Origin: a virus
Length of the DNA stretch: 64,000 nucleotides
Strand: one strand, 5' to 3'
IMG/VR virus record: IMGVR_UViG_3300032322_001069
Location: 13,970-77,969 of that record
A program made the position numbers and the translations under genes. The notes under the pieces were generated by a model that worked only from the letters and a program-made list of their open reading frames with translations, was not told where the DNA came from and made no database searches. This document shows positions 47,632 through 57,323 of this stretch, one piece after another. How positions within the stretch are numbered: the first letter of the stretch is position 1; each line of letters begins with the position of its first letter.

Positions 47632-48131
47632 AGTTGCTTGGCATTGTACCATAGAGTCTGGCAAATGCCAATACATGTTTCAGGAATATTTTTGATCGAA
47701 AACTTTGTTTTTACAGGATACCATTTATTCATCGGGCAAATAGATCCAGCAATAGTTAATTTAATGCTTAGGGCAGCTCTTGGGTTTGTACCACAGCCAC
47801 ACAAATTACAAAATCCAATTGAATCTGTTAAAGTTTGAATTCTTGCTGGGCATGAAAGACAAGATTGTTTTCTCTGCTCAAAGATTTGTTTAGTTACCTT
47901 TGCTTGTGTAATACTCGCAAATTCAAACTTAATATATCTGTAAATTTTCTTAAAAATATTTACTGATTTTGGCTCACCGAGAAGTAAAGCCATTCTCTCC
48001 TCATATGCATTCTGCATTTCTATGCTTTTTGCATTTGAAATAGGAAAGTATTGATGCTGCTTCCCGTCTTTATCAGAAAACAATCTACTTCCGCTACCAA
48101 TAACACCAATATTATTTGTTTGTTTGTTCAT
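47616..48131 (-). CDS. small Cys-cluster protein (paralog of 25960-26520; DUF6171-like pattern)
   Basis: R-x3-C-x2-CP...C-x2-CGC...KL...CP-x2-KW. Confidence 0.7.
   Translation of the reverse strand: MNKQTNNIGVIGSGSRLFSDKDGKQHQYFPISNAKSIEMQNAYEERMALLLGEPKSVNIFKKIYRYIKFEFASITQAKVTKQIFEQRKQSCLSCPARIQTLTDSIGFCNLCGCGTNPRAALSIKLTIAGSICPMNKWYPVKTKFSIKNIPETCIGICQTLWYNAKQLWQRN
47643..47671 (-). promoter_or_regulatory. sigma70-type promoter for the guaC operon
   Basis: TTGGCA-N17-TACAAT with extended TGn, 11 nt before ATG 47631. Confidence 0.6.
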
Positions 48132-51100
48132 TACACTCTCATCTGTCGATAAGTTTTATTATTATAACCAAATACACAAGGATTACTATTGAAATCCCTG
48201 ATAGCTAGGAGTATAGCATTCAAATCATTTAAATCAATACATCCGGGAACAATACTATTAATTGTGTTTATCATTCCCACTCTACATGCTTCAGAAGTTT
48301 GTGTCGGATCATCTGAATTATATGGTATACCAGAACAGACAAAATTATAAGTTGTTTGTATAAACTCTGTTAAAGAACTACCGCCTAATACACCAGCAGC
48401 CGTTTGTAAACAATTACCGTTTGTTCCGAAAACACCATTTCCAAATTCAGGTTCTTCTGGAATTTCAAGACATCCGCCTGGGTTCTTGCTATTAGGAGCA
48501 ATTTGTTTTGCTCCCTGTAATAGATCATTTAGTGTATAAATTCTATTACCGAGATTATCTTTTCTAATATAAACAGTTTCTTCGGCGGGAATATTACCAA
48601 TAGTGTAATTTAAAACTCCTAGAGCATTTTCTAGGAATGCGAAGAATGTTGCATCGAAATTGCCGCTTTGAATGAGTGGTTCGTTATCCAATGCCCAATC
48701 AACAAAAGTATCATAATCGGAGAAAGGAGAATCGGGAAGAGTCTGCATTTCCTGCCAAACTTCTGTTGTTATGACTGCGCTTATCCAGCACATTCCTCCC
48801 ATAACAATGTTATTTGGAAGATTGCAAGAAGTATCTACTCTTTGATTTGATGAATTGAGAGCATCAAATTGTAAAGGACATGTAAGAACACTGAGTCCAT
48901 TAAGTACAGCTTGTTTATGAACACGAAGAACCCCAAAGGAATTATTCATCCACGGATTCATTCCACTACTTCGTTCTCCAGTAATTTTATTATTTGTATT
49001 GTTATCGTTTTCTGTATTATTGCCGTAATGATTACCCAATACACCTATACCCCCACCAATACCACCAGTTTCAGTTGTATCAGGTGAAACATATCCCTTT
49101 ATGGTTCTTATTGTCTGGTAAGGGAATCTACCGTTAGTTTCATCAAAAAATATATTATAAATTTGACCAAATCGTTCAGATCTATCCTTTGGTAAGGTCA
49201 CACCAGCAGTATTCCAAGTACCATTATAATAATTTTGTGGTATTTCGGCACTGTGCAAAATTTCAATACCAGAACAAAGCAATGTCATCATGTATTCGCA
49301 TACATTTTGATAGAAAATACTATTTTGCTTTATTTGATCTGCAAGTGTCATTCTTGCGAAAATTCGACCGATAGGCTCACTTGCATAATTTACATACGGA
49401 GAATACGAAACAATATTAAGTTTACTTCCAGTATCCTCTATGAAGTTAGAATTTATACCATCACCTAAATAAGCTTCACCTACCGGGAAATTAGTAAATC
49501 CTTTACAGGGTAAACATGGATTTAAAGTTATTGGTTGTATAAATCCAGATTGATGACCTACGACTGCATATGAAGATCTTCTCTTAAAACCTTCAAGCTC
49601 AAGTTCAATTGCATCATCACTTCCACATGAATAAGCTAGTATTGCATCTTTTCTGTATCCTCTTAGAGCAAATCTAAATTCTGAACCACTTTCTTCAAGT
49701 TGCTGATTTATTGTTTCAATAGCATCATATCTTCTGCATTTTGAGAAATCATTGCTATAATATCCAGAGTAAAGATCAATTGGATAGTTGTTGAAATCAG
49801 AAGTAGTTTCTACTCTGAAATGAGGGTCCATATAAGAGCATAGACACTTCTTAAAGAATGCTACTGTGATACCATCTTCCAGACCAGTAGTTTTCTTTAT
49901 ATAATTTAAAAGACCTTGAGTGTTTTCTGAACTACTAAAATTATCTGCAAGAGTCTGAAGAACTTTTATACAATTATTCTGTGAAGAAGCACTATTGTTA
50001 AAACATGTTCCTGTATATTGAGCAGGAGATCTATTTTCCTCAACTAGACCAGGACCAGCCTCATATAATCTATTTGGATCACCAAATGTATCAACAAAAT
50101 CTATATCAAGAGCATCTAGCTTTTTATAAGTAAAGCATTTGTTGTCTCCGACATCAGAACAAGCATCATCTCCTGCTATAACGCAGTTGTTTCCAGCCGA
50201 AACACCTTGGAAATAGTAAACAAAATCTTGTTTATTCCTTGAACTTTCTGGAGCAGTATCACAACCAGATGTCACGCAGAATCTAGATGCTCTCTCAAGA
50301 CAAAGATCACTCATTCTCTTTTCACAATCAGCGTTATAACTTCCTGCACAAATATTGGTAACTTCTTCTCTACAAGTTGCTAAGAACTTACAACAATCGT
50401 CATTAAATGTGTCCTGTCTTTCTGGATAATTATAGAACGCAATAACTCCTTCTGGTGGATTTGCAGCCCCATAAAAGTATGGAATATTTTTACATTCCAT
50501 ATTTGCATATTCATTTACATTAGTACATACGCCATCTTTGGATACAGGGAATACTTGAGGAGTTTCGATATAAGAAGTTTCGTCTGTTACTATTCCTTCT
50601 TTGACATAATCAATCTGTTTTATTTTTGCTGTACCACTTGAGAATGTTCTATTAAATGCAATAGCAATGTCTGGTATAATTTTATCAATTATTGTTATCT
50701 TACTACCAGTACTATTAGGATCATAGAATGTAGTAAAACAATTGCTCAAATTATCTGGAGCATTTGTTATACATGCTTGATTCAAATTTAAAGACGGTGG
50801 TAATGTAAACCAATTATTAAAATCATTACACGGATCTCCACCACTAGTACATTTACCACCACAATGGCCCTGTGTATATGCAATCGGAACTCGTATTCTT
50901 GAATTTAGATAATCTTCCAATTCTTGGACGGTCATCTTACGATTGGTATAAACACCGTTTGCATCTTTTTCTACGATGTATTTTTTCTTGGAGAATCGTG
51001 TGTATGAAACATATGCTTCTCCAAGTTGAACACATGCTGCTCGTTTAGTGCCATCTGGACATTCAATCGATTCAATAAACGGTCCATTGCAGCATTGGGG

Positions 51101-52948
51101 ATTTTCTTGTGCTTGCGCCCAAGGCGATGACCAGAAAGCAGCAAATATTTCTGAATTACCGGAATATGAAGTATATCCACAGTTTACATCACAAACTGCA
51201 CATATTGTTGGTCCACACCCTCCACCGCCGCCATCTTTGATACAAGAATTTTCGCAATCTTCCTTGCTTTGTGCTTCTGAGCAAGGAACTTGCTTAGAAG
51301 AAAAACAATTTCCTGTTTGTGGATCACAAACATAATTATCGCATAGTGCTGGATTGCAGTTTGCTTGACATGTTGCTTGATCGACTGCAAAAGAACAATC
51401 AATCATTCCTACCATCTCGCAATTCCCTGATTGTTGATTGCAAACATAATGAGGGCATGTTGGGCGGGGATTACACCCAGCAGCTTCACAGTCTTCAGGA
51501 GAAATTGCTGTTGGACAATAAACATTGGATGTTGCTACGCAGTCGCCTACCAATGTATCGCAAATGTAATTTGCACATGTACAACTATTTTGGCATTCTT
51601 CTAAAGTTTGTACTGGTGTACCAACTGGAACTTGCACTGCGTTGCATTGTCTATCGTACCCTGAGCCTTGGCATAAGTATGAAGTTACTGTTTGTGGAGT
51701 ACATGTAACGCAAATTTCTGGTCCTTGTTCAGTACCAGAAACTACTTTAATACTTTCGCAAACAGAACCATTACAGAACCAAGAATCTACACACGGATTT
51801 GCAGTTTCACATGCACCTTGAGATTGTTCAGAACCAAATAAGACTTGTCCTGATGGAATACACCCTGTATTACAATCTTGAAATTGGTAAGTATCAACAC
51901 ATGCAAATGTTGTTGCACATTCTTCTAGAGTTACTTCACTCCCTTCAGGCGCAGTTCCGTTTTGTATGCAACCTGTATCACAATCTATAAAAATATATGT
52001 CGGAACTTCTCCGGGAGGAGGTTCACAACCAGGACAAGATGTATCGCAACAATCACATGCATCACAGCATTGAGCCTGTGATTGTCTATAAATTGGATTA
52101 TCTGCACTAGAACAACAACATTCAAATACGGTTGGGCCACCAGGACCACCAAAACCAGCAAGACCGCCATCAGAACCAGCACCAAATTGCAATATCTGAT
52201 TATCATATTGCAACTCTCTGTTTATTACTGAAGCGGCAGTATATTGTACTGGTTTGGGTATTAAATAACTTCTAGCTTCTGGTGTTTGTAAGAAGCAAGG
52301 AGTTCCTGGGATATTTGTAAGTTCAGTCAGTAGTTGATTGCATTCAGAATCCCAAGAGTTACAACATTTTGGATTTCTGTGAATGATATATTCCATGCAC
52401 CCAGAACTTATAGCATTTTCTGTACATGAACAATAACAGCCGCTATTAGAATCAAACAGCTTTGATTGTAATGCAAAAATGCACTCTGGGTTTGATGGGT
52501 CTGTGCAATTTATTTCTTCTGCACAGACAGAGGCTTTTCCTGCGGTGGCTCCACAAGTACCAGTATTACCAAAATAATTAGTAATATAATATTCTTCTAT
52601 AGAATCTGTGCTATAGCAAGGAGAGGATTTAGTATTTTTGAGAATATTATAAGCATGTTCACAATATCCATCAAAGTTAGAACAACAATTTACATCTGCT
52701 GCTGGATTTAAAGATTTTGCTAAATTTTGAATTCGATTGCAGCATGTATCACTATCGGAGGGACAAGCATAACATCCTTCATATGAAATGGCAGTGGTAT
52801 CAAAATATAAAACAGAAAGACATTCACTAGTAAAATAATCACAACAGTCTGGAATCTTGGAAATTATTTCAACGCACATAAACTCGGTCAGATTTTCTTC
52901 TTGACCGTCTTTGTTTATGAAGGTATTTCCAAGACAATTACAAGACAT
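48131..52948 (-). CDS. giant Cys-rich repeat protein (1605 aa)
   Basis: Uninterrupted ORF with N-terminal CC-x-(W/F)D-x2-C repeats and about seven YxC...C...C...C repeats. Confidence 0.85.
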   Translation of the reverse strand: MSCNCLGNTFINKDGQEENLTEFMCVEIISKIPDCCDYFTSECLSVLYFDTTAISYEGCYACPSDSDTCCNRIQNLAKSLNPAADVNCCSNFDGYCEHAYNILKNTKSSPCYSTDSIEEYYITNYFGNTGTCGATAGKASVCAEEINCTDPSNPECIFALQSKLFDSNSGCYCSCTENAISSGCMEYIIHRNPKCCNSWDSECNQLLTELTNIPGTPCFLQTPEARSYLIPKPVQYTAASVINRELQYDNQILQFGAGSDGGLAGFGGPGGPTVFECCCSSADNPIYRQSQAQCCDACDCCDTSCPGCEPPPGEVPTYIFIDCDTGCIQNGTAPEGSEVTLEECATTFACVDTYQFQDCNTGCIPSGQVLFGSEQSQGACETANPCVDSWFCNGSVCESIKVVSGTEQGPEICVTCTPQTVTSYLCQGSGYDRQCNAVQVPVGTPVQTLEECQNSCTCANYICDTLVGDCVATSNVYCPTAISPEDCEAAGCNPRPTCPHYVCNQQSGNCEMVGMIDCSFAVDQATCQANCNPALCDNYVCDPQTGNCFSSKQVPCSEAQSKEDCENSCIKDGGGGGCGPTICAVCDVNCGYTSYSGNSEIFAAFWSSPWAQAQENPQCCNGPFIESIECPDGTKRAACVQLGEAYVSYTRFSKKKYIVEKDANGVYTNRKMTVQELEDYLNSRIRVPIAYTQGHCGGKCTSGGDPCNDFNNWFTLPPSLNLNQACITNAPDNLSNCFTTFYDPNSTGSKITIIDKIIPDIAIAFNRTFSSGTAKIKQIDYVKEGIVTDETSYIETPQVFPVSKDGVCTNVNEYANMECKNIPYFYGAANPPEGVIAFYNYPERQDTFNDDCCKFLATCREEVTNICAGSYNADCEKRMSDLCLERASRFCVTSGCDTAPESSRNKQDFVYYFQGVSAGNNCVIAGDDACSDVGDNKCFTYKKLDALDIDFVDTFGDPNRLYEAGPGLVEENRSPAQYTGTCFNNSASSQNNCIKVLQTLADNFSSSENTQGLLNYIKKTTGLEDGITVAFFKKCLCSYMDPHFRVETTSDFNNYPIDLYSGYYSNDFSKCRRYDAIETINQQLEESGSEFRFALRGYRKDAILAYSCGSDDAIELELEGFKRRSSYAVVGHQSGFIQPITLNPCLPCKGFTNFPVGEAYLGDGINSNFIEDTGSKLNIVSYSPYVNYASEPIGRIFARMTLADQIKQNSIFYQNVCEYMMTLLCSGIEILHSAEIPQNYYNGTWNTAGVTLPKDRSERFGQIYNIFFDETNGRFPYQTIRTIKGYVSPDTTETGGIGGGIGVLGNHYGNNTENDNNTNNKITGERSSGMNPWMNNSFGVLRVHKQAVLNGLSVLTCPLQFDALNSSNQRVDTSCNLPNNIVMGGMCWISAVITTEVWQEMQTLPDSPFSDYDTFVDWALDNEPLIQSGNFDATFFAFLENALGVLNYTIGNIPAEETVYIRKDNLGNRIYTLNDLLQGAKQIAPNSKNPGGCLEIPEEPEFGNGVFGTNGNCLQTAAGVLGGSSLTEFIQTTYNFVCSGIPYNSDDPTQTSEACRVGMINTINSIVPGCIDLNDLNAILLAIRDFNSNPCVFGYNNKTYRQMRV

Positions 52949-52951
52949 AAT

Positions 52952-55387
52952 TTATTGCCGCAATCCTCTTCCGCTTGGATTCCACGAATACTCCCAATTA
53001 GTTATGGATTGTGTAAGCGCACATCCTGTCAATTGAGAGTGTCTATTTACTAAACTAAAATAGTTTATTGCATTTTCTTCTCTGAATGCAATAGTAGCAA
53101 ATCTTCTCCACCACCAGTTGTCTTCTGGTTTTGGCCCGTTGGGTAGAGGACCCCACGCGACAAAGTCCCATCCACCGGGCTGAGTAAGGAAGTATGTATA
53201 GCATAGATGCGAAATACGATTGATCATATCCATCCGTACATCAAATTCACTATAACGAAGTCCATAAGTATCGGTATCCCAACCAGTTGGATTTGTTTGT
53301 TCATTATATACATCTGTCGAAAGTGGCTGTGATACATTAGTTTGGCTAGGAGAAAAATTAAAAGCTGTTGTCAAATATTTTGAAATATCTGCATATGCCA
53401 AAGACTGTAGCTTCCAAATATTTTCAATACCTTCTTCTTCTTCGCTAGGTATAGGATTTTCAACTCTAATAGAATTAGTATTATTATATCCATTACCAAG
53501 AAGTCTTTGACTTCCAGATGCTGGGGGTACAATAAACTTAGGTGTTAATACATTAAACCCATATTTTGAATTTTTAGTTACAAGTGTTGGGTCAGCAGCT
53601 GCCCAATCAGCAGGAGCTATTTGATTTCTTTTTGCTGGATTATTCTGACGGCATCTCTTTCTTACAGGTCCAAGTTGTTTTGGAAAAATCTGTGTGAGCC
53701 AAGTAGCCTTATTTGATGCAAACAAATCTATATCGTAATTTGATCCGAAAAGAAGTTTTCCCAAATTAAATTGATTTGCAGTATCAATCGCTTCTTGTTT
53801 TACTTGAGCGGGAGTTAGACCAGCAGAAGATCTTATCTTATAATTTCTTCTGATATAAGTTTGACGAATGGCATCTCTATAAATTTGATTTGCCTGAACA
53901 ATTTCATCATATGCTTCACTACGCCAATCTTTCACCGTCATGCCTTCATAATTGTTTTGACGCATTCTTGTGATGATTGTTCTTCCTTCCTGTACCTCCT
54001 GTAGTGTTGGAGTAGCATTGTACGGAATACCACCCAGATTGTTATAAGGTAATTCCTCTTCAAGAGCTTGATAATTTTCTATCGTATTTTTTGGATTTGG
54101 TGTCCAGACAGAGAACGATTTCCAACATTCAATTCCTCTTTGAGCATCTGAATCGGAAATTGCATCGTCTTTTACAGCTTCTAAAAAATCAAATTCAAAC
54201 ATAGGTATTCCAGAACAACTGAATATAAAGCGTCTTGGAACCCATTTAGAAAGAATAGCACCTTCAAAGAATTTATCAGATGGCTCTGAGCATCCACATG
54301 AAGAATCATAATGATGTTCACATGAAGCAAAACCAAGAAATTGATGTCTTAGCGAAGAACAGAATCCTTGATCATCTATATCATAGTACGAAGAATTTGG
54401 AGAAAGGTTATATTCTATACACCCCGTTGGTTCTTGACCAGTTCCTAATAACGGAGAACCATATTTTCCTTGCGTATCTCCTGGTACTACATCTGTTGTT
54501 AATCTAGTAAATTGATTACCAAAAGGAATTAAAAAATCCAAGTTATAGCTAAATATCTGCCAAGCCCACGGATAGTAAGTTCTTAGCATTCTTCTTCTAT
54601 ACTTTGTAAGACCTAGCCAATTGCAAGAAGAAATCGTATTTGTATTTACATATGGTTGATATCTGTTTTGTAATATAAAACGATCAAGACTGCCAGTGAA
54701 AACTGAATTATATTCACAGCAACTATCTTCTTCGGGTGTCGAGCAGTTATATCCATAACGATATACTAAAGCTCCTGCGTGTTTAAACTTCGTTGTATCG
54801 GGAGCATTACCGCCATAAACAACAAATCCACCTGGAAATTGACCTCCTACTGGATCATAAGGATCATATTCTTGAACAGTATCAAATGCCGGAGGAAGTG
54901 TTTTATGGATAGCATAATACTTCATTTCCTGCAAAACTTGATCGTCGGTTAGGGATTCTGAATAATCAGGATTTTTTAAAATACAACTTCTAGATACCGT
55001 TCCATCGCCACTAGGCGAATCTATACCAACAAAAGGGGAAAGGGTTATGTCCTGTCCGTTAGCAGTTCTCGATGAACTATCCCCAAATAGATTTGTACAA
55101 GATGGAAAGTACGGATCAAAATTCATCATATAAGCAGGATGCCAGAATGTCCAGAAATCGCCTATATGCACATATTCAATTTTAATTACAGGAGAATCAA
55201 CAGATTTTCCTGGGAATCCTTCTGTAGGTAAACATCCCTGATGTAAAGTGATAACATCGCCAGAAACTTGAAGAGCAAAAGTGTGGTTTCCGTTTCTATC
55301 TTCTATTTTGTGCTGAGAGATGCAATCTGAACAACAATTTCTACATCTTTCAACTGGTGGGCTACAGCAACATCTTCTACTTGCCAT
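52952..55387 (-). CDS. large Cys-rich protein starting MASRRCCC
   Basis: About 811-aa ORF; RRCCC and CRNCCSDC N-terminus; coupled to the 1605-aa gene. Confidence 0.8.
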   Translation of the reverse strand: MASRRCCCSPPVERCRNCCSDCISQHKIEDRNGNHTFALQVSGDVITLHQGCLPTEGFPGKSVDSPVIKIEYVHIGDFWTFWHPAYMMNFDPYFPSCTNLFGDSSSRTANGQDITLSPFVGIDSPSGDGTVSRSCILKNPDYSESLTDDQVLQEMKYYAIHKTLPPAFDTVQEYDPYDPVGGQFPGGFVVYGGNAPDTTKFKHAGALVYRYGYNCSTPEEDSCCEYNSVFTGSLDRFILQNRYQPYVNTNTISSCNWLGLTKYRRRMLRTYYPWAWQIFSYNLDFLIPFGNQFTRLTTDVVPGDTQGKYGSPLLGTGQEPTGCIEYNLSPNSSYYDIDDQGFCSSLRHQFLGFASCEHHYDSSCGCSEPSDKFFEGAILSKWVPRRFIFSCSGIPMFEFDFLEAVKDDAISDSDAQRGIECWKSFSVWTPNPKNTIENYQALEEELPYNNLGGIPYNATPTLQEVQEGRTIITRMRQNNYEGMTVKDWRSEAYDEIVQANQIYRDAIRQTYIRRNYKIRSSAGLTPAQVKQEAIDTANQFNLGKLLFGSNYDIDLFASNKATWLTQIFPKQLGPVRKRCRQNNPAKRNQIAPADWAAADPTLVTKNSKYGFNVLTPKFIVPPASGSQRLLGNGYNNTNSIRVENPIPSEEEEGIENIWKLQSLAYADISKYLTTAFNFSPSQTNVSQPLSTDVYNEQTNPTGWDTDTYGLRYSEFDVRMDMINRISHLCYTYFLTQPGGWDFVAWGPLPNGPKPEDNWWWRRFATIAFREENAINYFSLVNRHSQLTGCALTQSITNWEYSWNPSGRGLRQ

Positions 55388-55550
55388 TTTTCTTTTTTCC
55401 TTCAATTGCGTCTAAAGTTTCTTTTAGAGCAGTCATAATTTTCGCCAAATCTCTCCAATCGATTTGATCCAACAAATATTTTTCGTAGCCAAGAACAGCT
55501 TTACGAGCTTCGTATGATAAAGTATCTAGTTCGTGGTTGTCTCTTGGCAC
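55377..55550 (-). CDS. small helical hypothetical protein (57 aa, GTG start; absent from ORF track)
   Basis: Manual translation (M)PRDNHELDTLSYEARKAVLGYEKYLLDQIDWRDLAKIMTALKETLDAIEGKKKNGK; TACATA box 4 nt upstream. Confidence 0.65.
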   Translation of the reverse strand: MPRDNHELDTLSYEARKAVLGYEKYLLDQIDWRDLAKIMTALKETLDAIEGKKKNGK

Positions 55551-55560
55551 ACATTATGTA

Positions 55561-56250
55561 TTAGCTCGGTTGTCCCGGATTATCATCATAACTTATCTTC
55601 AAAACCGTAGAAGCATAAAAACTTCTATAGTCATTTAATTCGACATCCCAGACCTTAACTAGACCACCATAATTTCCAAATCCTACTTTACCACCAGGAA
55701 TATATTCAGAATTTAGAGTACATCTAAGAACTCTTTTTCCTTTAGGGTAAGTAGAACGAACAAATTCTACATTACAAATTCTTTGCGACAATAATGATTC
55801 TATTTCAGAAGGACTTTTGGTAAAAAATACCTGAACTCCATACTTTTCTTCCCGTTCTTTTATATCGTTTGGAAGTTCTTGCTCTGTTATAATTTTATTA
55901 GTTTGATTGTGTTTTTGATTAATGATGTCTTGTGTCGCAGCAATCAATGCATCAATCCCATCACCTACAAATCTAGGTGGTGGAAATTGCTGTTCTTGTA
56001 CTTCTGGTATTACAAAAGATTTCTGTGCGTTCTGGCTTATTTGCTGTTGCAGCCCATCTAATCTAGTAGTATCTAAAAAAACTGCTTGATTTTTATTTGC
56101 ATTATAAGAAAAAGGAGATGATTGTTCTTGTGGAACAATCAATCTCCTTGCTGTTTCTTGTAAATTTTTTTGTCTAAATAAAGCTTCAGTTTGTTCTAAT
56201 GAAGCGGTATCTATTACTGGTATATCTTTATTTTTTCGTTTACGGGCCAT
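55561..56250 (-). CDS. protein with C-terminal DUF2693/WYL-like SH3-fold domain
   Basis: V-F...R-L-CTL...V-VWD-E-YRSF pattern. Confidence 0.65.
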   Translation of the reverse strand: MARKRKNKDIPVIDTASLEQTEALFRQKNLQETARRLIVPQEQSSPFSYNANKNQAVFLDTTRLDGLQQQISQNAQKSFVIPEVQEQQFPPPRFVGDGIDALIAATQDIINQKHNQTNKIITEQELPNDIKEREEKYGVQVFFTKSPSEIESLLSQRICNVEFVRSTYPKGKRVLRCTLNSEYIPGGKVGFGNYGGLVKVWDVELNDYRSFYASTVLKISYDDNPGQPS

Positions 56251-56717
56251 TATATACCCCTAAACCCTCTTCCTCTAAACTTTGATGTATTGATTGGCGA
56301 TCCCTTTGCGCCAAATACATTGTCTATACCAAGACCAAGTGCGCCTAGACCTAAACCAAGAGCAATTTCTGCTCCTTTTGCTCCAACTTCTGGGAAGAAT
56401 TGATCAATGGCTTCTAGTCCCCCACCAATTGTGTATAATGAGGCTGGCATACCTATACCATATTTTAAGTAAGATCCTGGTTTATTTGTACCGGAGTGAG
56501 ATGGTTTTTTGCCTGCTAATCCAGTAGGATCAGTTGTAGCGGGACTACCAAATACGCCTCCACCTTTTCTTGGCATGAATCCGCCACCAGCAGGACGAGA
56601 CTGTTCGTACATATATTGTTGCTCAGAGCAAACATTAGAAACAGCTTCAAACAGACTGTTCATTGATTTTGCACTAAATCTGGCAGGAGATTCAGTTGGT
56701 TTTTGTCTTTTTAGCAT
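56250..56717 (-). CDS. Gly-rich hypothetical protein with a hydrophobic segment
   Basis: 155 aa; ALGLGLGALGLG segment. Confidence 0.6.
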   Translation of the reverse strand: MLKRQKPTESPARFSAKSMNSLFEAVSNVCSEQQYMYEQSRPAGGGFMPRKGGGVFGSPATTDPTGLAGKKPSHSGTNKPGSYLKYGIGMPASLYTIGGGLEAIDQFFPEVGAKGAEIALGLGLGALGLGIDNVFGAKGSPINTSKFRGRGFRGI

Positions 56718-57321
56718 ATACTTTATTTATAATTTTAACAAAAAAATCAGCAATTTTGTTATTTTTCTTTTCTAGTTTTATTGGATCGATGATTTTTACT
56801 TGCTCAATATATTTTGGTTTTCTTGGAAGTATCATCTCATTCAAAAACACCTTAATTTCATTATCACCAATTAATCTATGCCTAATCATTCGACCATCCA
56901 TAAGCACAGTGATTAGATGTACAGTGTGAATTTCGTGCAAATGCTCTTTTAGATCATCCAATCCTTCTTTTAAGAAATTGAGAGAATTTGATCTAAGAGT
57001 CAACACTCCATCCGAATATTCACACCAAACAAATCCTTTATCGTAAACAAAAAATTCAAAAACAGTTAATTGATCAGTATACGCCTTTTCGTTTGCAATA
57101 GCATAAAACGATTCTGCGTCTTTATATTTTACAGAATCTGTTCCAAATAATGCATGATAAAATCTTAATTGTTTTTCAAGACCTTCTCTACCATCATATT
57201 CAAAAAGAACAGGATTTTCTACAAGAGTCTTTATATGATTATCTGCAACCCAGATCATTTTGCTGTCTGGATTAAGCCAAAATTTATCTGCTAACATTTC
57301 ACCCTCGTTTAATTCAATCAC
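56692..57321 (-). CDS. hypothetical protein
   Basis: 209-aa ORF within the operon. Confidence 0.6.
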   Translation of the reverse strand: MIELNEGEMLADKFWLNPDSKMIWVADNHIKTLVENPVLFEYDGREGLEKQLRFYHALFGTDSVKYKDAESFYAIANEKAYTDQLTVFEFFVYDKGFVWCEYSDGVLTLRSNSLNFLKEGLDDLKEHLHEIHTVHLITVLMDGRMIRHRLIGDNEIKVFLNEMILPRKPKYIEQVKIIDPIKLEKKNNKIADFFVKIINKVYAKKTKTN

Positions 57322-57323
57322 AA

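Noticed and set aside
48131-55387. Diversity-generating retroelement acting on the giant Cys-rich genes
   Set aside because: No reverse transcriptase and no adenine-mismatched template/variable repeat pair seen by eye in this window.
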